This document shows, one piece after another, positions 1-11,454 of a stretch of DNA of 64,000 nt; positions within the stretch are counted from its first letter, which is position 1; every line of letters begins with the position of its first letter. Both the position numbers and the translations under genes were made by a program. The notes below the pieces were generated by a model. The model did no database searches. It saw only the letters and a list, made by a program, of their open reading frames with translations, and was not told the DNA's origin. The stretch comes from Eukaryota sp. GEM-RC1 (Eukaryota). The DNA lies in assembly GCA_040285855.1 (NCBI GenBank), contig JAUFOQ010000016.1, forward strand, positions 2,542,001-2,606,000, in the 5' to 3' direction.

Positions 1-602
1 TTACCACTAGCTACTCCACCATAGGTAAATAAGGTGGAAGAAACGTTGTTGAAAAGGTCTCCAACAGCAGGAGCTGCAACTTCCTCATAAACCTGTATGT
101 TTTCTTTAGTAAGAATAGAAGAAAAAGGGAATGACGACTTGGAACCATTAACTGGAGAACCTTGAGCAGAACTCTTAGAAATACAGATAGAGACAGAGTT
201 ATCAGTTGGTGTGTTTATATAAACAGTCTCAGCATTAGTGGGTTTAAGTCGACAGTAAACACTAAGTGTACCAGTCCTTGGAGTTGCAGACGAGGTGGAA
301 CTAGAGCATTGGAGGGAGGAATTGAGAAGGAAGTCGTTAAGGAAAGGGTGATGACATTCGGGATCTTCAAGATCCTGTGAAGAGACTGTGTTGTGATCGT
401 TATCTTTGAGAGAATGAGATAGTGGTAGAGAGTTCAAATTCTTGAGGTACTTGTTAAGATCATGAGATGGAGAAGGAGTATCGGAATGAAGCAGAGTTGG
501 ATTTTGTGCCAGATTGTGATCAAAAGAGACAAAGGATTTATCTGAAGGATCAATGGATATGGCAGGTCCACGTATATCACTACGTGGACCCTTATCTCTC
601 AT
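1..602 (-). CDS. Kinesin motor-domain protein, 5' part (continues beyond window start)
   Basis: Not in the ORF track. My translation from ATG 602 is open to base 1: Ser-rich leader, then LSVYCRLKP...FPFSSIL...QVYEEVAAPAVGDLFNNVSSTLFTYGGVASG(K), matching the kinesin N-terminal strand and P-loop region. Confidence 0.8.
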   Translation of the reverse strand, partial: MRDKGPRSDIRGPAISIDPSDKSFVSFDHNLAQNPTLLHSDTPSPSHDLNKYLKNLNSLPLSHSLKDNDHNTVSSQDLEDPECHHPFLNDFLLNSSLQCSSSTSSATPRTGTLSVYCRLKPTNAETVYINTPTDNSVSICISKSSAQGSPVNGSKSSFPFSSILTKENIQVYEEVAAPAVGDLFNNVSSTLFTYGGVASG

Positions 603-610
603 ATTATCTC

Positions 611-1146
611 TTATGAGATTAAGAGGGCTTGTACTTTGAGAGAAATCGGGTTTACTGGAGACCCTTCACAGAGTTTCTGAACAACAAGTGACAGCTGTTC
701 CCATGGATCTTGAGGAATCACGTAACCCAAGGATTGGAGACGTTGGAGGTATTCTTTGATTATCTTCTCTGACGTTGTGGCGTCTAGGTTTTTATATGTT
801 CCTGAAAATGCAATATCTTCAAGTTCCTTGGACAGGTCCTGAGGAGAAACATTGAAAACGACAGATGAAAAGGTCTCAACAAATGTGAGATAACATTGGA
901 ACGCGAATCCACGATCAGTGACTTCGGCAAGTTGTTCTGCAACGACATCGTTGATTCCAATGTTTAGAACTGATATTAGATCGGGTACCGAGACAAAACA
1001 AACCAACTACATCCATGGCTGTTGCATCGAACTCCTGTTCCAATGCGAGATAAAGAGGATTCTCAGATGAGCCGAACTTCAAGCCTGATAGATACTCGTA
1101 GCTTGTAAGTGAAACCGGGAACTTGGAGGTTGTTTTCCATACTCAT
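611..1146 (-). pseudogene. Degenerate pyruvate phosphate dikinase (PPDK) N-terminal fragment
   Basis: Three frames give NLQVPGFT, EYLSGLKFGSSENPLYL and SVLNIGINDVVAEQLA..RGFAFQCYLTFVETFSSVV..GYVIPQDPWEQL. These are colinear with PPDK motifs VPPGFT, GKKFGD.ENPLLVS, TVLNLGLND and FPQDP.EQL. Confidence 0.65.
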
Positions 1147-1394
1147 ATTTGATGGTAGTTCAGGATAGGACGGAAATTCTCTTTCGGGATGATTACAAAA
1201 TTGCCCTACACTTACTTCATCTTACAAAAGAGACTGACTAAATTGACAACTTACCACACAACATTGACTAAAAACACAATAGAGTGCACGAGAAATTTTT
1301 GTCGTGATACAATTCTTTCTTACCTCTCAATTATGTGATTGCTATATGATACTCAATCAAAAATAGTTTATTCTATCTACCAGTACAATGCCTC

Positions 1395-2790
1395 TTATGT
1401 ATCTACTCTAGCTACACTTTGGGCAGGCTCTGCGTTTCTTCTAGGACAAGTTCTTTTGTTGTGACCTCTAGCTTGACATATACCACATTTTCTTGTGTTT
1501 AGGTTCTCATTTTCGACGACTTCGAATTGGGAAGCTAAACTTCCTATGGATCCCACCGGTTTAACGAAGTTCTTCCCTGTTAGGTGCTTGTGGAATTGAT
1601 TGTACTTCTTGCATCAACACCATCTTCTTGTATCTCTTCAGGAGGAACTTGGTTAAGTATGTTCTGAGATTCTTCTCCATTTATCCGCCATTGAGGATGT
1701 ACCTCGTCTTCTTCCTTCCACCTTCAATATGGATCTTTACAACTAAACTTGTGGGTAAGCCTAAAGCATACAGCTTTTGGTCTAATACAGTATCAATATC
1801 TTCATAGTTCATTTCTTGTACAACCTCCATAGTCCTAAGTAAATGACGGAGAGCAAATCTGCTGACAACTCCAACCAAAGATCGACATATATGATCTTGA
1901 AGTAGCTGCATTAGATTGACGCAGTGTATCCAGGAGTTCCTCGTTCTTCTTCGATGGAATATGGAGGAGGTATGGTGGTAAGAGTATTGATGTTGTCACT
2001 CATAGGCAGTAAAGACTGGTACGTATGAGACAGAGGATAAGAAAGTGTTTTGGCACATTCTTGGTAAACGTTACCGTCGTCACTCAACTGATTCTCATTT
2101 TCTTTATTTAGACGATTCATCTAGATCTGCTTCCGATGACCATCACCTCTTTTCTTAATCCTTGATTCTTAGGTACTGTCGGAGATACCATTGCCTTCAG
2201 AGATGTAACCATTGCATTTATTGTAGATCACTGTATTGAATCATAAACCCGTTCTTTTTTATAGAAGTAGTAAGCAGCATTCCACATGTAGTTTCAGTAC
2301 GCAGTATTGATCGATGAAGTTCCTAAGTCCACACTTAGAATCATGTAACAGAGCTGAGTTGCCAGATAAAAGCAATTAGAGTAATAACACCTTAGCAAGA
2401 TTGGGCAGCGAACTGGTTTACATGGGAAGAGTGGACATCAGTTGTTCTGCTTCTTGTAAGTAAGGAGCAGTTCCACGTTGGTGCAGATATTCGTTCCAAG
2501 CTCTATCCAATGAATAACCAAGGATCCAATGCATCTATGGAGCATACAGGATCAGGAATTGTACATGTAACTTCTCAATGTATATTCTATGTTGTTGTAA
2601 CCTTGAAAGAGCAGTCAATGGACTTACAAGCAGCAAGGAATCGTTTAGGCTGTGCTTTAACATACTTCATCTCTATACAATCAGCAATAGTGTCAATCAA
2701 GACGTCATTGTAGAAGGAGTTTATTCAGATCATGCAGTTCTACAGCTCAGTGTCATTGGTAAACCACAGTTAGATGAACTAAGGTAGTAA
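1395..2790 (-). mobile_element. Highly degenerate MuDR/Mutator-like transposase remnant
   Basis: Broken frames give YVKAQPKRFLAACKSIDCSFKV (MuDR-like DNA-binding region) near 2600-2680 and a C-terminal zinc knuckle RKCGICQARGHNKRTCP near 1440-1500. No ends resolved. Confidence 0.45.
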
Positions 2791-2891
2791 TGTAGGGGAG
2801 GTGAATCTGGGCATTTCTGTACTACATGTACATGTAATCTAGGTAGTTGTTTTCATGAAATTCATTTTTTCATGAAAAATTGAAACCAATC

Positions 2892-2988
2892 AATGTTTGA
2901 ATGTTAGATATCGGCCCAGTCAATGTTTGAGTGTTAGATATTGGTCGAAACGATGTTTCAATGTTTCATATTGGTCCAATGTTTCAAG
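2892..2988. repeat. About three degenerate ~30-bp tandem repeats (aatgtttgartgttagatatyggyc..)
   Basis: Seen directly in the sequence. Confidence 0.7.
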
Positions 2989-4151
2989 AATTACCACTAC
3001 TACTAGTAGAACATCCAAATCATACAAGTTATTTATTTTGTTGATAAAGAACATGTTAAAACGACCATCTACATCAGCTGCTTATTGGTACTGCGATTTG
3101 TAGTGTTGAGTGAAATAGGATAATTCGCAGAATATAATTGGCCAATGTTGCAACGTTTGAACATTATATCAATGAATGCAACCTTCCGAACTTCTCTGTA
3201 TTTACTCCATAAAAACATGCGGTTTCAAACTGTACATCTTTCAAGCAAGCTCATGATTGAGAGATGAAGCTTGATTTATTTGGTAGATGAGATCTCTTTA
3301 ATCTTACTTCACGCAAAAGCTTCTTCTGGTTTCTCTGAATACTTACACCAAGTTTCGTAGAGGCTTGACTTGTTATGGAGTCCTAAAAAATTTGAAGGAA
3401 CGCTGCTACGATTGATCATTGGAAAGAGTCTTCATCAATTGTTTCAATTAGATCATTCCTCGACTTTATGCATTAAAACTCATTGTTGGATCTTTTGTTG
3501 GGTTCGACCATTTGTTTCGTGAAAAAACAACTAGTACAACAGAGCATCCTGAAATTGTACATCGACAATTAAACAAAAAAATCAATGTTCCTATGATCAG
3601 TCACCTCAATCAGTATTGACAATTGATGATGTGATTTGAGTAAGGCGGTTTTCTTGAATCCAGCAAAGTTGAACCAATAAAACATCATAAGGTACCAATG
3701 AGAACAAAGAATCGATGCTATCAAACTAGATAAAAATTTCCGTCACTTCATGGGATCAAAAAAATCCCATTACAATGTTTATTGCTCAAAAAAAACAAGA
3801 TTTATTTAAAACAAAAAAATTAAATAGGTACGAATAGTTGCAAAAGGTGCAAAATGGATGAAATAAAATGCACCGAAGCACACCAAAACACACTACTTTT
3901 CCGAATTTTGACAGACACATGTACGAAAAATACTGCAAGTATTAATTGTAACTGTCGGATTTTGCAATATATATCTTGATCAAAAGTCACAACATTAAAT
4001 AAAGCGCAAAAAACAATAATCAGAATTCAGAAACAGAATAAATTAAATGGTTAAACGAGCAAAATTATCCTAATCAATAAAATTGAAACTGTTATTATCA
4101 AAACCAATACCTCGAAACATTAACAAGTCAAAAGATTTGAATTATCACAAA

Positions 4152-5117
4152 TTAATTACAATACCACTGAATAAACTTGACTTCTGAAGAATTCCTTGTT
4201 TTGTAGAGAACAACAAAAGAACCATTTCTCCTTCCGGAATGGAACTCAAATGAACAAACTTTAGGCGCGCATTCCTCACCAATAAAAGAAAACACAGCAA
4301 AACCTTCTTCAATTGACGAAAGACTGGCAATATAAGTGTTGATTAAATATTTTAAATAAATTGAATCTGCTAACAGTTCGATATGTGACTGGTAAACAGT
4401 TCGATTACTAGCATCGAAATCCAAAAGAGGTACAATCAAAGAATAACCATTTTGAAAGGCTCCAACCCAGTCCAAGACATCAGGTTCATGAGCAGATTCA
4501 AACGACGAGACATCAGGACATGAGAACTGTAGAGATGAGTGAGACCAAGAAGGAGATGATTGGGAAAGAAGAGTTACGGTCTCAGGCAGAAGCAGTTCTT
4601 GATCTGAAGTGGTTGACAGAGTGAAGGTTAAGCTGGGAAGTCGACTAAGAGAGAGAAGAATGTCAAAGTATCGTTTTGACGTTAGGTTTAACTCTGAGAG
4701 ATTGATGTCTGCAGTATAAAACTCAGAGGAAGAGGAGGAGGAGGAAGAAGAAGATCGTTTAGAAGGTAGGCCTGTGGCAAGGGAGAGATCTCGCTTTAGG
4801 GAGATATAGCAGGATGTTTTGTGAATACACATGGACAGGTCCTGCTGAGGATGACTTAAAGGAGAAGTGGCGATGAGATCGGAAGATGTAATATGTCGTG
4901 TAACAAATTGGGGTGACAGAAGGTCTGAAGGTTTGCAATTAATGGTGACAATATTATTAGGTGGTTTTAAGTCTTGATTGGGCGATGGAAATGAAGTAGT
5001 GACATAGATTGATTTGGTGAAAAAATGACGATCTAACTGGGAGAAAAGAGTAGCATCAGCTCCAATAGCACCCCTAGTAGTCCATACTCGATTAGGTGGG
5101 GGAGAAGACAAGAACAT
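4152..5117 (-). CDS. Putative RNase P/MRP subunit Rpp40-like protein
   Basis: 321-aa ORF; HFF near the N-terminus and the DVLDWVG motif resemble Rpp40. Weak by-eye match. Confidence 0.4.
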   Translation of the reverse strand: MFLSSPPPNRVWTTRGAIGADATLFSQLDRHFFTKSIYVTTSFPSPNQDLKPPNNIVTINCKPSDLLSPQFVTRHITSSDLIATSPLSHPQQDLSMCIHKTSCYISLKRDLSLATGLPSKRSSSSSSSSSSEFYTADINLSELNLTSKRYFDILLSLSRLPSLTFTLSTTSDQELLLPETVTLLSQSSPSWSHSSLQFSCPDVSSFESAHEPDVLDWVGAFQNGYSLIVPLLDFDASNRTVYQSHIELLADSIYLKYLINTYIASLSSIEEGFAVFSFIGEECAPKVCSFEFHSGRRNGSFVVLYKTRNSSEVKFIQWYCN

Positions 5118-5415
5118 TGTTTGTGCAGCTGTTTTTCGAATCCATCTCTGTCGTTTTCAATGAATTTGCACTGTCCCACAATATGATGTCTCTAAACATC
5201 ATTCATGTATGTAACAGAAAGGGGTTCTATTTCGGTACTCTGATCGATCGTTCTTTGACTATCTGTTTAATTAGTCTGGATATGGTGTTAGTCTGAACTA
5301 GAATCAGTCTGGTCCAACCCCTTTCTTATTTTCAGAGTCTAGAAACCCTTTGAATAGCATCGTTCCTATTGTTTTTACAACAATTCCCCTCAATTCGTCT
5401 CCAACGTTGTTTAAA

Positions 5416-5877
5416 ATGTCTGTTCCTTTCAAAAGGATAGCTTCGGTAGAATTTGAAAGCGACGGATGTTCTTATAATGATATCAAAGACCAGTTCTTAA
5501 ACCGATTGGTGTGCTGTTATGGAGACATAATTTCAAGGTCATCATACCGTGTCATAGCTGAACCGCTTGGAATTCGACTTGGGAATGTAGACAGTGACGT
5601 GAAGAAGCTGTTTCAATGGAAAAACTTGATACGTGCGACATTTATTGCCAATTTTGTATCGCAGTCCAAAGTTAAACACAATTCTTACACGAAAACTGAA
5701 AACCTGATGTTTGATTGCGATTTGGTTTGGTACACTGACAATGGTTCTGGTTTGTCTGGTTCAAGTATTGAGGACAACATCCAGACCATACCATTCATAC
5801 CATGTAGGGCTGTCAATTTCTCCCAACTCCCACCCAACTCCCATGACCCTTGGGAGTGGGAGTGGGAGCTTCAGTAG
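5416..5877 (+). CDS. Hypothetical protein whose C-terminus is interrupted by the hAT insertion at 5805
   Basis: ATG 5416 (MSVPFKR..). The frame now reads into the hAT end; the reconstructed empty site reads ..IPFIPCEFLL* with the stop at 8325-8327. Confidence 0.5.
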   Translation: MSVPFKRIASVEFESDGCSYNDIKDQFLNRLVCCYGDIISRSSYRVIAEPLGIRLGNVDSDVKKLFQWKNLIRATFIANFVSQSKVKHNSYTKTENLMFDCDLVWYTDNGSGLSGSSIEDNIQTIPFIPCRAVNFSQLPPNSHDPWEWEWELQ

Positions 5878-8303
5878 CAATTTTTGGGAGTGGGAGTGGG
5901 AGCTCTTCTTTGGGAGGTGTGAACTCCCAAAAACTCCCATCTCCCATTTGCAGACACAACTCTAACTTCAATTTTAAGACAGAAACAAGCTAGCTAGACA
6001 AATACAGTTATAATTTTTCTAGAATATTAATAGGACTAAGTGTATTACATTTTTACTGTTTTTGTTTTGGCATTTTATTTATTTTCGTTTTATAAAGAGT
6101 GTGGTTGTTCATCTGTAAATTTCAACCAATGTCATCGCTTGATTTATATGAAGATTATGAAGTCCAAATACTGTCAGAACGACTTTATGAAGCTGCTGAA
6201 GACCCTGAACCCGAGCTTGTTGATTTGACTCAACCTTCAAGAGTTCGGTCTGTTATTTCTCCTACATCCGGACGAAAAAAACCATCTCCTTGGTGGTCTC
6301 TTGTCGAAGAATTTGTAAACAACCAGTCTCTGTTGAGTGCCGGAGAAAATGGAACAACAAGTATCCGGTGCATTGTGTGCAAATCTGTGTACAAATATGG
6401 CGAAAAGCTCTTTACTTCTTCAATTAAAGACCATTGCACGAGGAAACATTGTGACGATGAACGTGTTATCGCAATCTTACCTGAGAAAAAACCCGATCTG
6501 AGACAGCCCAAGCTGTTCCCCACTGAAAAAAAAGACCCCCGGAAACTATTGTTGACACTTATTGTTAATGGCTCATTGCCTTTTAGTCTGGTTGAGCACC
6601 CTGATTTTATCGAATTTGTTTCCTCTCTTTCAGATTCATTCAAAATTCCAAAACGAACCACGATAAGAAACGATATTTTGAATGTTTATGAGTTATTTAA
6701 AGGATACTTGATAGATAAATTCAAAAATGTGTGTAATTCTTCTAAAGTATCTATTACGATTGATGGGTGGACATCAAATACAAACACACATTTTATTGGG
6801 GTAACAGTTCACTGTGTTGAAGACTGGCAATTAAACACTTACGTCCTCGGTTTTAAGCATTTGAAAGAAAACCACACTGCCATCAACATTGCTGATGCTG
6901 TGGAAGAAATTATCACTGAATTTGGCTTGAAAGAAAATGTGTTGTGTTTAACTACTGATAATGAAAACACAATGACCAGTGTTAAAAATTTACTGCAACA
7001 GAGAGGTATTATTGACTTTCATAGAGGTTGTGCTCCCCATACTCTTAATTTAATTGTTAAAGCAGGAATTGAGGTTTTAAATTCCAGAAATGACTCGATT
7101 CCAAAAATTCGGACTTTTGCGAAGAAGCTTCACACCTCATCGACGACCGTAGAAGCTTTTCGAAAGATGTTGGTAGCTGAAGATTTAAATCGTACCAGTA
7201 CAATTCCAGTGGATGTAGAAATTAGATGGAATTCTACTTACCTAATGATCAAAAGGTACGTGGAATTGAAAATTGTGGTTGAACGAACACTTGCTGGTGC
7301 TGAAACTTTGAATGACTTAAAAATTCATGACTACGCTGATATCGAATCTTTCCTGGACCTTTTGAATCCTTTTTCGAAGCAACAAAGGAGTTTTCCACCT
7401 CTTCTTATCCCTCATTCGGCAAAGTAATTATTATTCTTGACTACTTAGGTGATCACTTGATTGAACAACAAAAAATTGCTTTACAGAAAGGAGATATCCT
7501 GCTTAATGATATTATTGATGCTATGTTTGTCGTCATGAGAAAATACTATGATGATTTCTGGAGATTCGAAAACATTTTAGCCACGTTCCTGGATCCTCGC
7601 ATCAAGTTAAATCACTCAGCATTGAGTGAAATCGAAAGCAAAATTTTTCTGGAACAATTGAAAACGCAATTGATATGTGAGGAAGAAGCTGCCAAAAAAT
7701 GAAGCCTGAAGAGGAGAACAAGCCTAAAGAGAAGGAAAAACCCCAAACAGGGCTAATGAAAACCGCATTAGGTAAAAGAAGAACTGGTAAAACGTCTGAA
7801 GGGAAAGGGAGTGCTCAGACCGAAGTGCTAAGATACACCATGGAAGAAACTGTTGAAACTGAAGCAACAGACTGGTGGAAACAGAATTTCAACAGGTATC
7901 CACGACTATCCGCATATGCCAAGAACTATATGACAGCACAAGCCTCATCAGTTCCAAGTGAACAGTTATTTTCTCAGGCAGGGTGTGTTGTTACGAAGTT
8001 AAGAGCTTCCTTGAGTAGTGATTCTATTGAAGCAGTACTTTGTTTGAAATCTTGGTTCAAATGTCGGGAGATGAGAGAGTTTTTCATGAATCAGAGATAG
8101 AGTTAGTGATTGTTATGTTTATAAAGTAAAGTGTCATTGTACTAGAAGATACAAAAATGGGAGTTGGGTGGGAGTTGGGAGAATTTGTTGGGAGTGGGAG
8201 TGGGAGTGGGAGTCTCACCTATGACCAAGTGGGAGGTGGGAGTGGTAGTGGGAGAACACGTGTTGGGAGTGGGAGAAACTCCCATCTCCCATTGGCAGCC
8301 CTA
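5805..8303 (+). mobile_element. Full-length hAT DNA transposon (family B)
   Basis: TIRs tagggctgtcaat / attggcagcccta; 8-bp TSD ataccatg (5797-5804) / gtaccatg (8304-8311); GGGAGT-rich subterminal repeats; internal transposase. Confidence 0.95.
6129..8100 (+). pseudogene. hAT transposase (BED finger, DDE core, C-terminal dimerization domain) split by two frameshifts
   Basis: SPWW..RCIVCK..KDHCTRKH; TIDGWT; TTDNE; CAPHTLNL; RWNSTYLM; FLDPR; QASSVPSEQLFS. Breaks near 7370-7450 and 7700. Confidence 0.92.
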
Positions 8304-8347
8304 GTACCATGTGAATTCCTTCTTTGAAGTTTATTTATTCTCTTACA

Positions 8348-10135
8348 ATGAACATGTATGTGGTTGCTACTATTCTACTGCTGGTTAGCTTCAGCATTGC
8401 AGATGAGCCCGATTTCTCCAATATTGATGCTTGGTTCGATTTTACTCTAACCTCTCCAGGAGGTGGATATGCAATCGTTACTAAAGACGAGATCATTCAT
8501 ACACATGTCACAGGAGTCAGAGACCGAGCGACTGAAGATCCCGTAACTGTTGAAACCTATTTCCCGATTGCAAGTATCACCAAGACAATGACTTCATTGC
8601 TGATCCACAATCTCACTCTTGAGGGAAAGTGTTCTTGGAACAGCCGTATTGTTTCTATACTTCCCTTTTGGGAATGTGGGGATCCTGTCCGTTCATCAAT
8701 GATGACATTGCAAGATTTAGTTTATCATCAAACGGGATTTGGGGCTTACAGCGGATCTTTTCCATCCTTCACCAATCCAGAACTTAGCCTCCGAGATTAC
8801 ATATACAGCCTGAAGTTTTTCATGCCGTTAGCTGAGTTCCGTGCTCCAACGTTCCTGTACAACAACGCCGCATTTTCTCTTGCTGGCTATGTTGCAGAGT
8901 ACCTCGAAGATATGGATTTTAAAGACTTAATACAGGAACGAATCTTGAATCAACTGGATTCTCAACCCAAGGGTTACTATTCACTCGCTGACCTTGAAGA
9001 GGATGACGTAGAATACTCTCAGGGTTACATGGAAGATGAGGAAGGTAATCTTTATGAGCCAGATCAGGTCCGTAATGAAGCACTTAGTCACAGCAGTGCT
9101 CCTGCCGGGGGCTTAGCTCTTTCTCTGAAAGGATTGGCTGAATTTGCTCAGTGGTTCATGCCTATAATCAACAGTTCCTCCCATGCTGCAATGGCAGAAA
9201 TGGGAAACTTCTTTCCTGCACCAGCACGGGTGTTTCCATCTTTGGATTGGATGACCATTACTCCTGTAGGCCTTGGACGTGGTGTTTTCATCTCTGACGT
9301 TTGGGGGACCCGGTGCTACTCACATAATGGGGCTTCCTTTGGGCATTCATCTTTTTTTGTTGTTTGTCCTGAAGTTGATTATGGATTCGCTGGTCTCAAC
9401 AACCTTTACGCAGCCAATGATATCCTCGAAAATGCTGCATTTTCAGGACTATATCAATATCTGTATGGAGGTGTTCCTCCTCCACCAGAAACTGAAACAT
9501 TATCCCATTTCTCTCTTAAGAAAGAAAACAAGTTTGGATCAAGTTTCAAAGATGATTTCTCTCCAGAGCCAACAAAGTTCGCCACTATAACCCCTGTTCA
9601 AAGTGATATTCCACCAACTGTTTCCATCACAGATTTTGATGAAACCCAAACAGAGTGGCATCATCCCTTCTCTGGAGTTCTTACTGTTGTTCTAGGAGAT
9701 TCTATTGTTGAGTCTGATTGGAGTTACAATCATTTACCTTTGGTTCTCTCACATTGGCATAGCAATTCCTACTGGGCTGATTCCGCATATGGTAGGTTAG
9801 TCGTCCAGTTTGTCAGATGTCCAGTTACTGGAATAATCACCTCAGTAAAAATCTTCTTTGGTGGTGAGAATTATCTCTTCACTTCTGCAAGTTATTTACG
9901 TGAAGATGTGTCTTTTAAACCCAACGATGCAGCCACTCAGGACCCTAGGGTGGTGAAGTTTGTTGAACCCGCTGTTCACACTAACAACATGCCAATTGCT
10001 TTAATTCTTGGAGCTCTTGTTGGTTTAATTGCCTCTGGGGGTGTTGGAGGATTGATGTTCTATTTGATTAGAAAGACTTTAGGTCCTCAACAGGAATCTT
10101 ATGCTCTTAATCCGTTGACATCTAACAAGGTCTAA
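8348..10135 (+). CDS. Beta-lactamase / serine hydrolase family protein with signal peptide and C-terminal TM helix
   Basis: SxxK (ASITK), YxN (YNN) and HNG motifs; hydrophobic N-terminus; hydrophobic segment IALILGALVGLIASGGVGGLMFYLI. Confidence 0.85.
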   Translation: MNMYVVATILLLVSFSIADEPDFSNIDAWFDFTLTSPGGGYAIVTKDEIIHTHVTGVRDRATEDPVTVETYFPIASITKTMTSLLIHNLTLEGKCSWNSRIVSILPFWECGDPVRSSMMTLQDLVYHQTGFGAYSGSFPSFTNPELSLRDYIYSLKFFMPLAEFRAPTFLYNNAAFSLAGYVAEYLEDMDFKDLIQERILNQLDSQPKGYYSLADLEEDDVEYSQGYMEDEEGNLYEPDQVRNEALSHSSAPAGGLALSLKGLAEFAQWFMPIINSSSHAAMAEMGNFFPAPARVFPSLDWMTITPVGLGRGVFISDVWGTRCYSHNGASFGHSSFFVVCPEVDYGFAGLNNLYAANDILENAAFSGLYQYLYGGVPPPPETETLSHFSLKKENKFGSSFKDDFSPEPTKFATITPVQSDIPPTVSITDFDETQTEWHHPFSGVLTVVLGDSIVESDWSYNHLPLVLSHWHSNSYWADSAYGRLVVQFVRCPVTGIITSVKIFFGGENYLFTSASYLREDVSFKPNDAATQDPRVVKFVEPAVHTNNMPIALILGALVGLIASGGVGGLMFYLIRKTLGPQQESYALNPLTSNKV

Positions 10136-11454
10136 TTTTGATGTATATATTTGTTTTCTATAAATTCTACTTTTTGCTGTACATTGCTTCGATAGTTAGT
10201 CTATCTACCCAAGTTTTCTTTAATTCTGAATTTTTGATGAAGTCGTTTGGATTTAATCTTAGTATTATTTGTTTGTTTTTACAATTTCATAGTTTGTAGG
10301 AAGGTTACCTTATTGGGTGTACTGGTGTTTTTTTTCATGAATTCTGACTTTTCAGAACAAAAACTCGATTTTTGGTTAATAGTATGAATTGAATACGTGA
10401 AATATTTCAACCAAGCTGAGCAGACGCAGTGTATTTTTGCAGTGATTTCCAGTGTTTTTAATGAAAACTTTTGTCTGGTTTTTCATTTGTTCCGTTTGCT
10501 GTTTTGATGGATCAATATTAGTAATGCATCTTACGAAGCATACTTGTAAAATAAACAATCTTTTGTTTATTGTGTTTCACAAATAACCATGTCATTTTTT
10601 CCAGTGTCTGGAGTCTCATAGATATTGGTTTATACACGAATTACATTTCACTAAAAGTCACTGTATTGCGATTCCTGTTAGAGGCTGCTTGTCAACTTTA
10701 CCTAGATCTTTAGAGGTCATGTGGTAATGATTTGATCCACAGTCCTTTAGTTAGGAGTGATTGGCATGGTAAGTTGTGGTAATTGTTATCAATTTATGTA
10801 CAGTAAGAAATTTTCAGTGTTTAGGAATTTTTGATTTAGAGCATCGAATAGGGCTACATGACCATTTTATCCAAACTTAAATGAGAGTTCAGTCAGAATC
10901 ACTTTGTTTTACTGCAATTAGTTTATTAACACAAGCAACGAAGACTACCACAAACTCTAATTGTACATGTATACTAGGTATGCGTGAGTGCTGCTAAGTT
11001 TGTTTAGTTTCAATTAGGTTGCACGAATTGTTTTTCGGCATAAGAAGGAAGCAATTGTAGTTGGAAAATTTCATTGCTTTTTAAATTACATGTAAAATTC
11101 AAAGAAAAAACCTTTCTAACGATTTTTAAATTGATTCGAAAAAATGATTTTTGCTAAATCGTCCAGTCATGTCTCTTCAGGAAGGAAGCTTTCAATCTTT
11201 CTTTGGTAAATTAAATCCGTTTTGTACAACTAACATTCAGTTAACAAACAAGAAGACACAAAGCCTTTAGTATTAACAGAACCAAAAAAGAACACACGAA
11301 TATTATAAACAAAAATTAACTAAACATTAAACAAACGGATGAATACAACAAACAAAGACGACAGTACCGAATAAACAAACTACACGTAATATTAATAAAA
11401 ACTCCCCCAAAGCAGATCGCATATACAAGAGCACATCAGAAAGAACACTACCTA

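Noticed and set aside
3000..3700. Possible decayed helicase or transposase (LIYLVDEISL)
   Set aside because: A single short motif with no supporting blocks.
8158..8280. Interstitial telomere
   Set aside because: The repeats lie inside TIR- and TSD-bounded hAT copies at two loci.
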